Shown in pieces: positions 39,195 through 53,830 of a DNA stretch of 64,000 nucleotides. Positions within the stretch are counted from its first letter, which is position 1. Each line of letters starts with the position of its first letter. The DNA is taken from contig MCFH01000061.1 of assembly GCA_002104945.1 (NCBI GenBank), positions 248,001 to 312,000 on the forward strand, given 5' to 3'. Below the pieces are notes generated by a model that worked only from the letters and a program-made list of their open reading frames with translations, made no database searches and was not told the origin of the DNA. Origin of the DNA: Piromyces finnis finn. Lineage: Eukaryota; Fungi; Neocallimastigomycota. Position numbers and translations under genes: made by a program.

Positions 39195-41653
39195 TTATTT
39201 ATCTGGGCAAAATCCATATTTATTTTGGCATTTGTTAATGGAACAGTAAGCTGAGGTTGTTCCACAGTAGCCTTTATTACTACAGCATTTGTTATCAGAG
39301 CAGGTTCCATAACTTTCTCCACATTTGCAACTACCATAGTTAGATTGACATCCACTAGATGATGCACAATAAGCTTTGGTTCTTCCACAATATCCTTTCT
39401 TACTACAGCATTGTCCATCTGAACATAATCCATAGTTTTCACCACATTTACAACTACCATAGTTAGATTGACATCCGTTGGAAGAATAACAGTAAGATTT
39501 AGTTTTTCCACAATATCCCTTTTTACTACAACATAAACCATCTGAACACATTCCATAATCCTCACCACATTTACAAGTACCGAATTCAGATTGACATCCA
39601 TTAGAAGCAGCACAATGAGCATCGGATACACCACAATAACCATATTTACTACAACATTTACCGGATGGACAACTTCCAAAAATGCCGCCACATCTTCCTG
39701 CAGCCTCACATTTATTACCATAATTATATTCTGAATGACTATTTAAAATGTTTTTAAAAGCAAAAGTATATTAGGATTAGTTATTAAATAAATATAAATT
39801 TAAATATATATTATTTTTAAATTAGTCTACGCTATAAATATATAAAAAATAGGCAATTACTTTATTTTTTGAATTTCAACTGGAAGAGAATCAATACAAT
39901 TTTCATTAATTCCTCTATATTTTTTTGATTTAAAAAAATTATATTTTATAAATATAATATTTTATAATTAGTTCAAATGAAATAATAATAACAGTCAATT
40001 AAATTTCAACATTTACAAATATAAAAGATTTTCTAAATTTCCAATTTCAGCTGGGACTTCCTTTATTCTATTATCAGAAAAATCTCTAAGCACATATAAT
40101 TATGAAAAATAAAAATATATATTTATTATATTAAAAATTTACTAAAGAAATATATATATAAAAGAAAAATAAATATATATATATATACATACAAAACTAT
40201 AATATTTTTAAGATTAACAATTTCTGATGGAATTATGGATAAGCCATTACTATTTAAATACCTATCAGCATAGTTTTAATAATTATAGAATTAATAAAAA
40301 TATGTTAAATTTTTAAAGTTTATATGCGTATACTACAATATATTTTATACTTACAAATGTTCAAGATTGGTAATATTTCCAATGAAATTTGGAATTTCAG
40401 TTATTTCATTATTATATAAAAGTCTATAATAAAAATATAAATTTATAAAAGTTAAAAAAAAACTATTTTATATATTGTTAAGTGTATTATTTTACTAACA
40501 AGTATAAAAGATTTTTAAGATCACCAATAGTTGAAGCAATTGTAGATATTTTATTATTAAATAAATATCTATATTTTATTAATAAACATTTATATATTTA
40601 TATTTTAAATTTGTGAATAAATTTATATATATTATATTATAATATGCTATTATTATTAAATTACAATTTATTAAGACTTTGAAGATTTTTAATTTCAGGT
40701 GGAATAGAAGTTACTAAATTGTTAGATAAATCTCTATATAGTGTATAAAATATATATGTTTATTATTAGTATAATACATTATTTCCTTTTTCAATAAAGA
40801 AGAAATTTCAATACTATTTTTAATATTTAACATATATATTTACAAAAAGTTAAGATTTTCAAGTTGACAAATGTCTGATGAAACGGTAGTTAATGTATTA
40901 TTATTTAATTGTCTATAGTTATTATTTATATTTTATTCATGTTAATATTATTATAAATATGTAAATAAATATAGAAAATATAAATTATATTTATATATTA
41001 TATATATATTATTCCCATAATCTTAATTTCGTACAATGTTAAGAGATTTTTAAGATTTTTAATTTCTGGAGAAATTTTAGTTAACATATTCCTTGATACA
41101 TCTCTATAAATATTTAAATATAGTAATTTTTATAAATATTTATTTTAGCAATTTATATTATATAATATTAATAATAAAAGTCTACTTACAAAGTTTCAAG
41201 ATTCTTAAGTTTTTCAATATCTGAAGGAATTTCAGTTAATTTATTATCATATAAATTACTATTTATATTAAATATTAATATAAATATATATAATAAAATT
41301 TAAAAAATTATTATATTTATCATATATATAACTCAAATACATATATATCTTTATACGAACAGGAAAGTTAAAGAGGTTATTTCATATATGAATTTTGGTA
41401 TTTCTGTTAATTCTTGATAATTTATATATCTTTTTTTCAATTAAATAAAATAAAATAACTTTTATTAGTATTTTTTTATATTTACAACATAATATTTTTT
41501 AATATGACATATATACAATTTATAAACTTTTCCATATTTATTTTCATCACAACTAGTAACAAGATTTCCTAAGCGTTGTTCAACTTCTTCACATGAATAA
41601 CCAAAGGTTATTGAGATTAATAACCCCAAAATCAAAATAGATTTTAATATCAT
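39195..41653 (-). CDS. Secreted LRR + 4xCBM18 protein, copy 3; 12 exons, about 451 aa
   Basis: Exon 1 is 41653-41517. Nine 69-nt LRR exons: 41429-41361, 41258-41190, 41103-41035, 40912-40844, 40733-40665, 40568-40500, 40423-40355, 40261-40193, 40085-40017. A 54-nt exon at 39914-39861, then the CBM exon 39738-39195. Exon-for-exon colinear with copy 1. Confidence 0.9.
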
Positions 41654-44600
41654 TTTATTTCTGCTTTAAAAAGTTTATGTAATTACTATGAATATTGAAT
41701 AGAAAAAATAGGTAAATAATCTTTTGTTAAATTTCTTTTGATAAAAATTATAATTAAAACTTGGTCTAATTAATAAATAAAAAAAGAGGAAAAAAGTCTT
41801 TCTATTTATACTTTTTTTTTTTATTGAAAATAAACTCTTTATTATTTAATTATAATAAAATAAAATAATATGACATGGCATTTAAAACTCTTTAATTACA
41901 ATATTTAATTTAAATATTGAATTACAATTACAATATTAAATAAAATATTATTATTTAATTATATTTTATTATTATTTATAAACATTATTTACACTTGATC
42001 ATATATTAACAAATATATTAATGAAAATATTTAAATTGAAATAATTAAAAGAATTTCTTTATCAAATAGAATTTCTTTATCAAATAGAATTTCTTCAAAC
42101 TTAAAGAAATCTTCTTAATTTATTATCCTGGAATTTTATTGGTTCTTGTCTTGACAAAAGATGACGTTGATTTTGTATTGATTTTCAATGAAGAGTTTAT
42201 TCATATTATATTATGATATATATTATTTTGTATTATTATGTATCATCCAATTATAAATTAATTTAATTTTTTATATAGAGAAAAGATAAAGTTTTGATAA
42301 TTTTTTTTTATTATTCTTATTATTCCAAAGGAAATATTAATATTCATAAAAAGAATTCTTACTATTTGGTAAAGCAATCACAAAGTTAGAGATGAACGAA
42401 TTTAAAATTTTATAATTGTTTTTACTACTTTTAAGTATTGCAATGGTAAAAATAAATTCATTATTAAAATAAAATAAAAAAAGAAAGTTTTTAAATATTA
42501 TTTTATAATAATAATTACAAAAAAAAAAAGTTCTTTTAAAATAAAAAGGTTTCATTCATATTATTGAAATAATTTTGATAAAAAGATAAAAAGTTTAATT
42601 ATATATATTTAAATATTCATTATTCTATTGAAGTTCATTATTTCTCTTTTTTTTTTTTTTTTTATAAAAAAATGTCTTTTTATAACATTTAAAATAAATA
42701 AATATCTATTTTAATGAATGAATAAAAAATAATAAAATAAATAAATAACTATTTAAATGAATGAATAAAAAATAATAAAATAAATAAATATCTATTTTAA
42801 TGAAAGAAGAAGAAAGAAAAAGGAAAAATCTTTAAAATTTTTCTTTTATTAAATTTTTTATTTAAATAAACATTTCTTTTTTTGAATGTTACCTGTCACA
42901 GTACAAAATAAAAGGTTAATAGAATGAAAATGTAAAGTATTTTTTTTTTTTTTGACTTTAAAATAATTTTATTCATAAAAAAGGTTTAAGTATTTTATTA
43001 GCGATGCAATATTCAAAAGGAATTGTATATATTATTTTAGGTTTTTTTTTTTTTTTTTTCATCTAAATTATATTTATAATTCATCTATTAAATTCTTTTT
43101 TTAAAAAAAAAATTAAAGTATATATATATATATACAAATTATAATATAAAAAAAACAGCATAATAAAAAAAATAGTAAATTATAAAACAAAGCTAGATAA
43201 TATTATTAATGGATAAAATATATTATTACAGAACGATGTATATATATAGATATAATTTTTAAATATCAAAATTAAAAAATATAAAAAGATTTTATAATTA
43301 TATAATAATTTTCATTTCCAAAATACTAATTATTAAAAGGTACTTGTTAATATTGAAGAAAATTATGTATAAAATATAAATGCTTGATTTGGCCTTTTAT
43401 GTTAATAATATATATTAATAACAATGTTCAATGTGTATATTTTTGGTATTTTCATTTTTATAATTATTAAAAGGTAAAAAAAAAAAAACAAAATATTATT
43501 ATTCTATAAAAACAACAATTTATGAAAATATATAATAAAAAAAAAAGTTTTTAAAAATTATCATACTTTTTAATGAATTTATTTCTATGAATAAAATATG
43601 AGTTTTCTATTACTTGTGATTAGGTTATCAGTTTAATTCTTTTTTTTTTTTTTCAAAAAGACTGTATCCTGTGATATTTATCACATGCCTATACATAAAA
43701 ATAATGTATATTTCAAATAAATAATCAAACTACATTTTTCTATTCCAATAATATTTATTATATTTATTTATTATAATATTAATATATTCATTTATATTAA
43801 ATATTATATTGGAGGTATTTCCGTGTAACATTCTTTAACCAATAAAAATATACTATTTTTTATGTTATGCCATTCTTTTTAATATTCCATCAGTGGCTGT
43901 CAAAAAAAAATTAATTTATTATTAATATATGTATTAATATATTTAATTAGTTATTACAATATAAACTAATATAAAATAAATAATTGACATTCAATGATTT
44001 TATATTAAAAATTATCCAATACTTTTATTTAATTAATAAATTAAATGCCTTTTTAATCATGTTACACAATAACTTTATTAAATAATGATATTTGAAAGGT
44101 TGTACAATAATTAAATAAATTTTGATGTCACCTATTTTATTTATTTTAATATATCATTATAATATATTAGAATATATTTTATTATAAATATTATTAAAAT
44201 TTAATATAAATATTGATGGAGTATAAATAAATAAACAAAAAGTGTTTGTATAGTAAATGTAAGAGTAAATGTAGATGTAATAGTAGTCATAATAGATGGT
44301 TATAATAGTTGTAATAGACGTAGTGGTAATAATAATAGATGGTTATAATAGTTGTAATAGATGGTTATAATAGGTAATAATAACATAATAGGTCATAGTC
44401 GTCGTAGTCATAATAAATATATTGTAAATATTATAAATCGTATGTACAATATTGATACATTATTGGTTTAACGTATACATTTTAAATGAATTTATTTTCC
44501 ATAATTTTATATTAAATTTTGTAAATAAAATAAATTACTATTATTACTCTTACTATTTTTATTATTAATAATAAACATCTTTAATGTTTATAATAATTAA

Positions 44601-45064
44601 CTATTACCTATTATTTATTATTATTAATACATCTTTTCCTTTTCATCTTTTATTATTATTGATAATTACCTATTATGAATACATCTATTACATTATGATA
44701 AAGTCAATTACATCTATTACAACCATCTTTTTATTATTCAAAAAAAAAAAAAAAAAATGGCTAAAATTTTTTAAAATTTTTTTTATTTTTAAATTTTTAT
44801 TATAAAATAAAGTTTGAATTCATTTTTTAAAAATTTCTTTTTTTCATATAGAAAGTCAACTTTTTTTTCATTTTTAGTTTTTGTTATTTTTTTTAAAAAA
44901 AAAAAAAAAAGTTTATATTTGAAAAAAAAGGAAAATTTTAATATTCAATTCTTATTTTATTTTTATTTTTTTTTGGCTACCTTTTAAATTAACAACAACA
45001 ACAACAACAATCCTGCAACCAACATATTAAGGAATTAGAGAAAAGTTCACTCAACTATATTATC

Positions 45065-46969
45065 ATGCCATCTATGAAAAAAAATTTATATTGGTTAGCT
45101 TCTGCTTTCTTATTAAGCAGAAATGTTATTGCTAGTGATTGTTCCTATGTTGAAAGAGCTATAAATTATTTTGGGGATGAATTCAATAAAAATTACAATG
45201 TTACTGACTGTTGTCAATTTAATGGTGTGAGATGTGACGAAAATAAAAATGTTACTGGACTGTAAACTATCAATAAATTTAAATATAATATATATATATA
45301 AAAATAAAAACACTTTTTATATAAAAAGTGTTGTATAAAAGAATTAAAAATAATAACGATATTAAGAAAGGGAAAAAATTACTTATTTTTATTTTATATT
45401 ATTATTTATATATATTAATATCCAATATTAATAATTATCATAGTAAATTAGTCCATATTAAGGATGACACTGCTAATCCAGCTAAAATTTTTGAAAAAAT
45501 TGGAAACTTGAAAGAATTAACTTATTTGTAAGTTTTTTTTTTTTTTTTTTTTAACATAACACGAAATAAAATTATTATATTATTATAGTACAGATTATAA
45601 ATTATTATAAAAGTATTAAGAAAGGTAGAATTTAATATAATAGTATAGAAGTATTATGAAAGTAGAGATTAATATAGTAAAAGTTATTATAGATTATTAT
45701 AATAAATTATTATAGTAGTCAAAAACAAAAAAAAAAAAGTTATGATGATTGAGGAGGAGGAGAAAGAATGAATAATTAAATGATATAAATTATAAAAAAT
45801 TTTTTTAAATATATTATATAGTAGTACAATTTCTTATTTATGTTTTTTTTTTCCTTTATTTATTTAATAAAATAATCAGAGATTTATCCAATAATAATCT
45901 AAGTATTGATTTTCCAAAAGAAATTTGTGATTTAACCAAATTAACAAACTTAAATTTAAGTAATAACCGTTTATCCGGTGCTATTCCATACGATTGTAAA
46001 AATTTACAAAATCTTCAACAATTAAATTTAGCTGGTAATAAGGATTTAAATGGTTATGTTCCAATTTTAAGTAATCTTAAGGGTTGTGTCTATGAAAATA
46101 CTAGTTTATGCTATCTTCCAAACGCAAATTGTAGAAATTCTAAAATGGCTTGTAATGCCGAACAAGTCAAAGCTACAAATGCTAATAATGGTTATCCTGA
46201 TCCAGAAAGTTATCAATACGAAGGTATGGAAAAAAGTAGAGATATGAATGTTTATAATGATGCTCAATACTACAATAGTTATGATACAAGTGCCTACGCT
46301 AACTACGATCCAAATTCATATGCCTATGATAATAGTTACGGTTATGATAATGGCTATGGTTACGGTTATGGCTATGACACCAGTTATTATAATAATGGAT
46401 ACAATTACGGTTATGATAATGGTTATTATGGTTCTAGTGGTTATGGTACTGGTGTTGGTTATGATTCTTATGATTATAGTGGTTACGGCTATGGTTCCGG
46501 TTCTGGTTACTCTAACTATTCTGGAGATGATTCTAGTATATTTACTTCACTTATAAGTATCATTTTATATTGTGTCTTCTTTGTTATTGCTGTTATTGTT
46601 TGTTGTGCTTGCTGTTGTTGTGGTGTTTGTTCCTCTGGTAGTACCAATGAACCATCATCTCAATCCAATAAACCTCACAAATATCCTACTATGACAACCA
46701 CTGCTCCTCAAAAACCAGCTCAACATAAAATTGATATGGAACAAGATATCACTAATCATACCATTCCATCTTACACTATGCCCAAACCAAATACTTATCC
46801 TCAATCAAACACTTATCCACAATCTAATATTTACCCACAACCACCAGCAGCTCCAGGTTATGGTTATGGAGGTGGATATGGTTATAATCGTGGTGTTGAT
46901 GATGATGCTGAAAATGCCATAAGAGCTGTTGAAACTGTTGAAGCTAATATTAAAAAAACAGAAGAATAA
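45065..46969 (+). CDS. Single-pass LRR receptor-like membrane protein (3 exons, about 456 aa)
   Basis: Exons 45065-45261, 45444-45527 and 45880-46969 join in frame. Features in order: signal peptide, Cys cap, LRRs including plant-type LNLSNNRLSGAIPYD, a Tyr/Gly-rich stalk, a hydrophobic segment IFTSLISIILYCVFFVIAVIV, a CCACCCC cluster and a P/Q-rich tail. No kinase domain. Confidence 0.85.
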
Positions 46970-47529
46970 TTCAATAATTACTCTTTTTTTTATTATTATT
47001 ATTTGAAAAAAAAAACCAAGCTATTGATTTATATTACAAATATTTTAAAACTATATATATATATTAAATAATTGATGTTTTTTTTTTTTTTTTTTTACTG
47101 GATATAATATAAATATTAAAAAAAAAAAAAAGCACTACTATTATTAATCTTTTACACATTTTTATTTATATACAATTATTATAAACGCATCATTAACCTA
47201 AAATATTTTATAAAATTTTCGTTTTTTATTAATGTATAAAATCTTTTTTATAAAAAAAAACGTTTAAAAATCAATAAAAAAAAATATATAAAAAAAAAAG
47301 TTTAAAAAAAAAAATAAAAGAATTTTTATTTATTATTATTATTGTTGTTGTTGTTGTTGTTGTTGTTGTGATTCCTTATCTAGTAAAAAAAAAAAAAAGA
47401 GAAAGAAAAAAATTAAAAAATAGGAATTTTAATTAAAGGTGATACTCAATATTTTAAAAATATTGAATAATCGATAGGTTATTGGAAAGCTAAAGTATTT
47501 TAATAAATAAATAGGAAAAATCAAAATTA

Positions 47530-47593
<64 letters not shown>

Positions 47594-48112
47594 ATTTTAT
47601 AGAAAATAAAATAAAAAATATAAAATAAAAAAAATAAAAAAATTTTTTTTTTTTTATAAAATACTTTTTGAATAAAATATATAAAAGAAATGAAATGAAA
47701 AAAATATAATATTTTTATTATTCTTTTTTTTTTTCTTTAAAAGATAAACTTTTTTGAATATAAAAAAATATTTTTTATATTCTGAAAAGTTTTATTATTT
47801 TCTCCTTTTATTTTTTTTTTTTTACAGGCACGTTTTTAATTTTTTTAAAAAAGATAAAAATTAAAAAAAAAATTAAAATTTAAAATTTGGTGGTGATTTA
47901 ATTTGAACCACAAAAAATTAAAAAAAAATTAAAATTAAAATTTTAAAAAATAAAAATTAAAATATTTTAATTTAATTTAAAACCAATAAAATTTTTGAAA
48001 TTTTAAATTTTAATTCTTATTAAAAAAAAAAAAAATAAAAAAAAAAAAGGTTCATTTTACAAAAAAAAATCTTTTTTTATTTAAAAAAAATATATATGTA
48101 AAATTGAAAAAA

Positions 48113-50869
48113 ATGCTATTAAGAAGGTTTATTATTCTATTATGTTGTTGTTTTGGTATATATTATTATTATTATTTAAAATCATATATTTATATAATTA
48201 AATAAAATAAAAATTGGAATGATAATGATAATATCTTTAAAATAAAAAAAGTTATTTAGAGAAAATATTTAGATGAAAAAAAAAAAAGTTTTGTTATCAT
48301 TTCAATAAATATTTTTTTTATTATTTATTTATAATATTTTAATTATTTTTTTTCTTTTCAATTTGTTTTAATATTTGAAAAAACAAACAAACTAAAACTA
48401 AAACTAAATTATGATTTATTATTATGTTACATAGTGTACCATGTTTTTGCCGTGTCTACTTTTATTGATCAGGGGAAAAGAGCAGAATTATTTGAAATAA
48501 CAGAATATACCATGCCAAATTTAAAAATATATATGCCTGATGAAGAATTTATTAAATTTAAAAATGCATTTGTTCATGAACACCACAATAAATTTTCAGT
48601 TGTTATGGAGAGTATGAAATCTTTTATTAAAAGTTACTTTATTCATTTTAAAACTATAAATTTCAAAGATTTTTTCCCTTATGACCATTTTGAAGAAATA
48701 CTTCCTGAATTAAAAATTGGAGAAGATGGTTTCCCTGGCTATGCCATTGAAGACGTACTCAATGGATTTGATTTTAACCCAGAACACTATAATATCAATT
48801 TAAATGAGGAGGAGGTCGCCCAATACGTTATGGAAAGTAATCCATATTATAATATCAATCGTATTGTTGAAGTCGTTTTTTCATTAGAATTAGCCAGTCA
48901 TCATAATCTAGAAGAATTGTACTATTTAATGTTTCCGATAACGGATGAAGAAGAGGAAGAGGAAGAGGAAGATTCTATTGCTATTGAATCCCCTACTACT
49001 GAAACCTCAGAACTTTTCAAAACAAAAAAGGCTAAAATGATTTTTGAACTCAATGGGTAATGAAATTTATCCTCTTATTCCATTTTTTTTTTAAATATTT
49101 TATATATTTTTTATTTATTTATTTAAATTTATATATAACTTATTTGATCTATATATAAATAACTGATTTATACTATTCAATTACTTTAATAGTAATAATT
49201 AAACAATACTAATACTAATACCAATAATAATAATATATATATAATGTTAACATCAATTTTTTATATATTTTCTTTCTATACATACAATATGTATTATATA
49301 TATATATTTATTTCTAATATCTATATATTATCTATCTATATATCATGTATTGTATTATATATATATCTAAATATACCTTTCCTTTTTGATAGAGAGCAAA
49401 ATTTATTTGATAAAATAACATTCAAGATCGGTGGTAATTACTCTCGATCCTTCCAAAAACCAGGTTATAATTTAAAAATTAGGGGTGAAAAAGATCTTTA
49501 TGGACGTAGTCAATTTAAACTTCGTGCAGATAGTAATGATCCAACCATGATGAGAACAAAACTAATTTCAGATATTCATAATCGTTTAGGTTTACCATCC
49601 GTTTCTTCTACCTATGTTCAACTTTACATTAATGATGAATTTATGGGATTGTACACCTTCAATGATGCCTATAAGGTATCATGGATTGAAAAAGTCTATG
49701 GGGAAAAGGAAGCTAAAAACTTGTATAAATGTGATACTATGGAAGATCTTCTACCAAAATATTTTGATGGATGTACCAATGAAAATGAAGAAGAAAGAAA
49801 CAACACGTCAGAATGGATAGAATTCTTAACTGCTGTTGAACATGCTACATCTGCCGCAGATCTTGAGGCTATTTTTGAAATTGATCATTTTCTATATGAA
49901 ATGGCCATTGATTATTTAACCGGCGCCTATGACCATATTCAAAATCGTCATAATTATTATATGTATAAACAACCCAATGGTAAATGGATTTATTTATCTC
50001 ATGATTTTGACCATGATTTTGGACAAATGAGCTATTTTTTTAATGCCCCAGTAACCACAACCCTTAGAAAAATTAATCTTTTGAAAATACTCATTTTTAG
50101 GGATACCACTCGATTTGAAGAAATTTTAAGTGATGTGGTGCAACGGGTATTTCATCCGGCCATCCTTTTCCCATACATTGATGGAATAAAGACGTATATT
50201 AAACCTTTTGTAATAAAAGATAAAACACCAGATGCCAAGGGTTATTATCCTGGTCATCTTAATACGGATGGTATCGATAAAAATTTTACCTTGGAACAAT
50301 GGGATGCCTATTCCGAATTTACAAATGGTTATTCCGACACAGAATCCTATGGATTAAAATATTGGATTCTTATGCGGTATCGATTCGTTTGTGATTACTA
50401 CCAACTAGAATGTGATGCAACCTACCTAGACGAAAATTATAAATTCCCAGTGGTTACGGAACTTGATGTGGATTATAATGAATTGATTTTACTTGATAAA
50501 CCTCTGGATGATGAAGAACCCTTGACCTACTATTCATCTGAAATTCCAACAAAAACATTTTTTGAAATAGTACCTGAAACCCAAACTCAAACCATTGATA
50601 CTATTACTACTACTACTACTACCGTTGAATCAACCCCAACAAAAATAATAGTAGATCTTTTGGATGATGATATTACTACTACTACTGTTGAATCAACTCC
50701 AACAGAAATAATAGTAGATCTTTTGGATGATGCCGTTACCAAAATTGAAGAGAACGACGAAAGTAATACGGAAGAAGAAGAGGAAGAAGATCATGCCACT
50801 AGTACAATAAATGAAATAAAAACAATTACAAAAACCATTGTCATGATTCAAAGTACGATTTTAAATTAA
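48113..50869 (+). CDS. cotH: CotH-family secreted protein kinase, copy 3 (3 exons, about 713 aa)
   Basis: Exons 48113-48155 (MLLRRFIILLCCCF), 48435-49056 and 49393-50869. Intron positions match copies 1 and 2; SHDFDHDFG motif; Thr-rich tail. The true exon 3 starts at 49393, not at the ORF-track start of 49244. Confidence 0.9.
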
Positions 50870-51933
50870 ATTTAAAATAAATAATAATTATCTCTTATAA
50901 TGATTATTTATTTTATATTATATTTTTATATATATATTTATTTTTTTTTCAATATATATAAAAATATAATATAAAATATAGATTTAAAATTATTCTGTAC
51001 CCATTTTTATATATTTAAGTATTATTATATTAAGTTTAGATGAAATTATAAAAGTGCCAAAAAAAAAAAAAAGGTACATCAATTTATAAAATAAAATAGA
51101 AATTAAGTATAAAAAAAAATAAATGTATAATATAAAAAAAAAAAAAAGTATCTTTTTTTCTTTTGATTGTTTATTTATTTGTAATAGATAAATCTACTAA
51201 AGATTATAAATATTAAAATATATATATATTTACTATTGAATTAAATATTTAATAATAAAGATTATTAAAGAAAAAAAAAATATTATTTTTTTTGTTTTTA
51301 ACAAAGTTTAAAAAAAAAAAAAGGACAAGTTTAATATAAAGTAGTAAAATTAATCATAGTATTAAAAAAAGGCATTTATTATTATTTAAATAATTATTGA
51401 TGTAATATTAATAGATTTTTTTTTTTTTTTTAATCTTTTTAATTCATATTACTTTACCATTATAAATTTTTTTTTTTCAAATAGATTAAAAAATTAAAAA
51501 AAAAAAAAAAAAATCCATTTAAAAGTTCGATAAATATCTCTGTTAGATTTTTTTTTTATTTTAAATAATGAAATGGAGTTAAAATTTTTATTTCATCCTA
51601 ATACATTTTCTCTCCCTTTTTTTTTTTTTAATTATATATCCATACTTTTACTTATACCTATATTAATAATAATAATCATTGCATATCCATTTTTAAAGAT
51701 TTTTTATTAGAAAAAAAAATTTTTTTTGAACTACTCCTTTTACCTTTTAAAAAAAAAAAATTGGTATTTTTTTTTTTTTCTTTATCAAGAAGGTATTAAT
51801 GGTCATAAATTATTTAAAAATATTTTTTATTTCAAAAATGACTCATACTATGTATTTTCGTACATATAGATATACGCTAAACTTCAAAGGAATGGAAGTT
51901 ATCTACATAGAATTTAATTTCATTGTCAGTAAG

Positions 51934-52005
51934 AGGGGCGTTCCGGATTTGAACCGAAGACCTATTGATCTGCAGTCAATTGCTCTACCGCTGAGCTAAC
52001 ACCCC
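51934..52005 (-). tRNA. tRNA-Cys (GCA), intronless
   Basis: GGGGTGT/ACGCCCC acceptor stem, GCTC/GAGC D-stem, ATTGA-CTGCAGA-TCAAT anticodon arm, GGTTCAAATCC T-loop, U73 discriminator; 72 nt. Confidence 0.97.
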
Positions 52006-53737
52006 AATTTACATTTTTTTTGTTAAGGAATGAATATAAATAGTTGAATTAGCTAGAATTTTAGGAATTAACCTTCAACTATTTATATTCCTTACTAGTG
52101 TTTAACTCTATTTTTAAAATATAAAAATTATAATATATAATTTTTATACATTTTTCTAGTAATTATTCATATTTTTATTATATAGTTATATTATTTGTAT
52201 ATAGTTATTTAAGACCTTTATTATTAGTATTAGTATAATTACTTATAATATTTTATACTTATAAATTTTACAAAATTTTATTATTAAAATAGTTATAGGA
52301 ATTTTATTATTATTTAAGGTTTATTTTATTAATTAACTTTATTGTATAATATTTTATAATTTGAAATTATGACATAGAATTTAATTATAATTTTTACTAA
52401 AAGAGGCAACTGTTACACACAAAACAGAAGATACCTCGACAGAAAAATTATTATTTATGTCTAAAAAAGGGCATAATTAATTGAATAATATAATTTTATT
52501 ATATGTCATAATTAAATATATAATATATGATATGCAAAAATGTTACACATATCATAAATTAAAATTTTATTAATTATAAATTAAAAATTTTTCTATTCAA
52601 ATATTAAGAGATTATTCATAATATATATTAAGGATTTAATTAATATATGTTACAGTGAATGATCCATATATTATGAATGAAATCAATTTAAATCCTTAGC
52701 TATCCAAAACCATTAAATTTCAAATAATGGATAGTTGGAAAAAGTACGAGGATTTTTGAGAAAATTTTTAAAAATTGAAAAATCAAAAAATAAATTAAAT
52801 GAATAAAAATTAAAATTAAATAAATTTTTATTTTTATAACTATTCAAGTGTTTTGTGATATCTTATTTGAACCGTAGCATTTTTGAAGATAATAAAATAT
52901 ATTAATATAAGCTTACTATAAAGCCTGATTTTTTTGTCACGAATACTAGTGAAATCTACAATTTCAAGATCAGTTGAAATTGTGAAATCCCTTATGAAAT
53001 TTTAAAATCAACAAATATTTTATTTTCAAATAAATTATAAAATTTTATTAAGAAATATTTAAAAATTTAGAAAAGGTTAAAATATGACCTTAACCCTTAA
53101 TAATTTTTATAATAAATAACTTTAACTCTTATCGTCATAATTGAATAAGGAAAAGTACGCGTATCTCCTCAACGAATGACGATTTTTGAATAAAAATTTT
53201 TTTCACTGAAACCATGTTCGTTAGAAAGTCACGCTTGAGACAAACAACATATCTTAAAATCATGTCAATATCTCTGCTGGTTCACGAGATATTCCAATTT
53301 AAAGATATTTTGTTAGCAATGATTAATTGTTTATTCAGAGAATGATCACCCCTGATATATCAAACATAAATCATTCACTCAAAGTATAAAAAATTATTGT
53401 TTAATTAAATTAAAATTATTTTCCGGAACTAATTAACTTTATTTTATAATAATTATTTCAATAACATAATTTATAATCTTTGAACTAGAGGATTATAATT
53501 ATTAATATTATATTCAATGAATTATATTATAATTAAGAAATAATTAATATTATAAATATATAAACAATAGTTATTTTTAATAATTAGTAGTAAGTCTTAA
53601 GTTTAGTTTAAGTATTATAAAATATATTATGAATATAATCATGTATTGAAAAGTTATTTTATTATTAAATGTAAAATTACAAATAGTTTAGAATAGTTTA
53701 TGAAATTAAAATCTTTGTAAAGATTATTAACCATAAA

Positions 53738-53830
53738 TTATTAAATTATTAACTAGAAATTATTAACTAAAGATTATTAACTATAAATTATTAACTATAA
53801 ATTATTAACTATAAATTATTAACTATTAAC
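53738..53830. repeat. 14-bp minisatellite (aaattattaactat), about 6 degenerate copies
   Basis: Read directly. Confidence 0.8.

Noticed and set aside
49244-49392. N-terminal extension of the 541-aa ORF
   Set aside because: It is intron 2 of CotH copy 3 read through without a stop; the acceptor at 49392 matches the paralogs.
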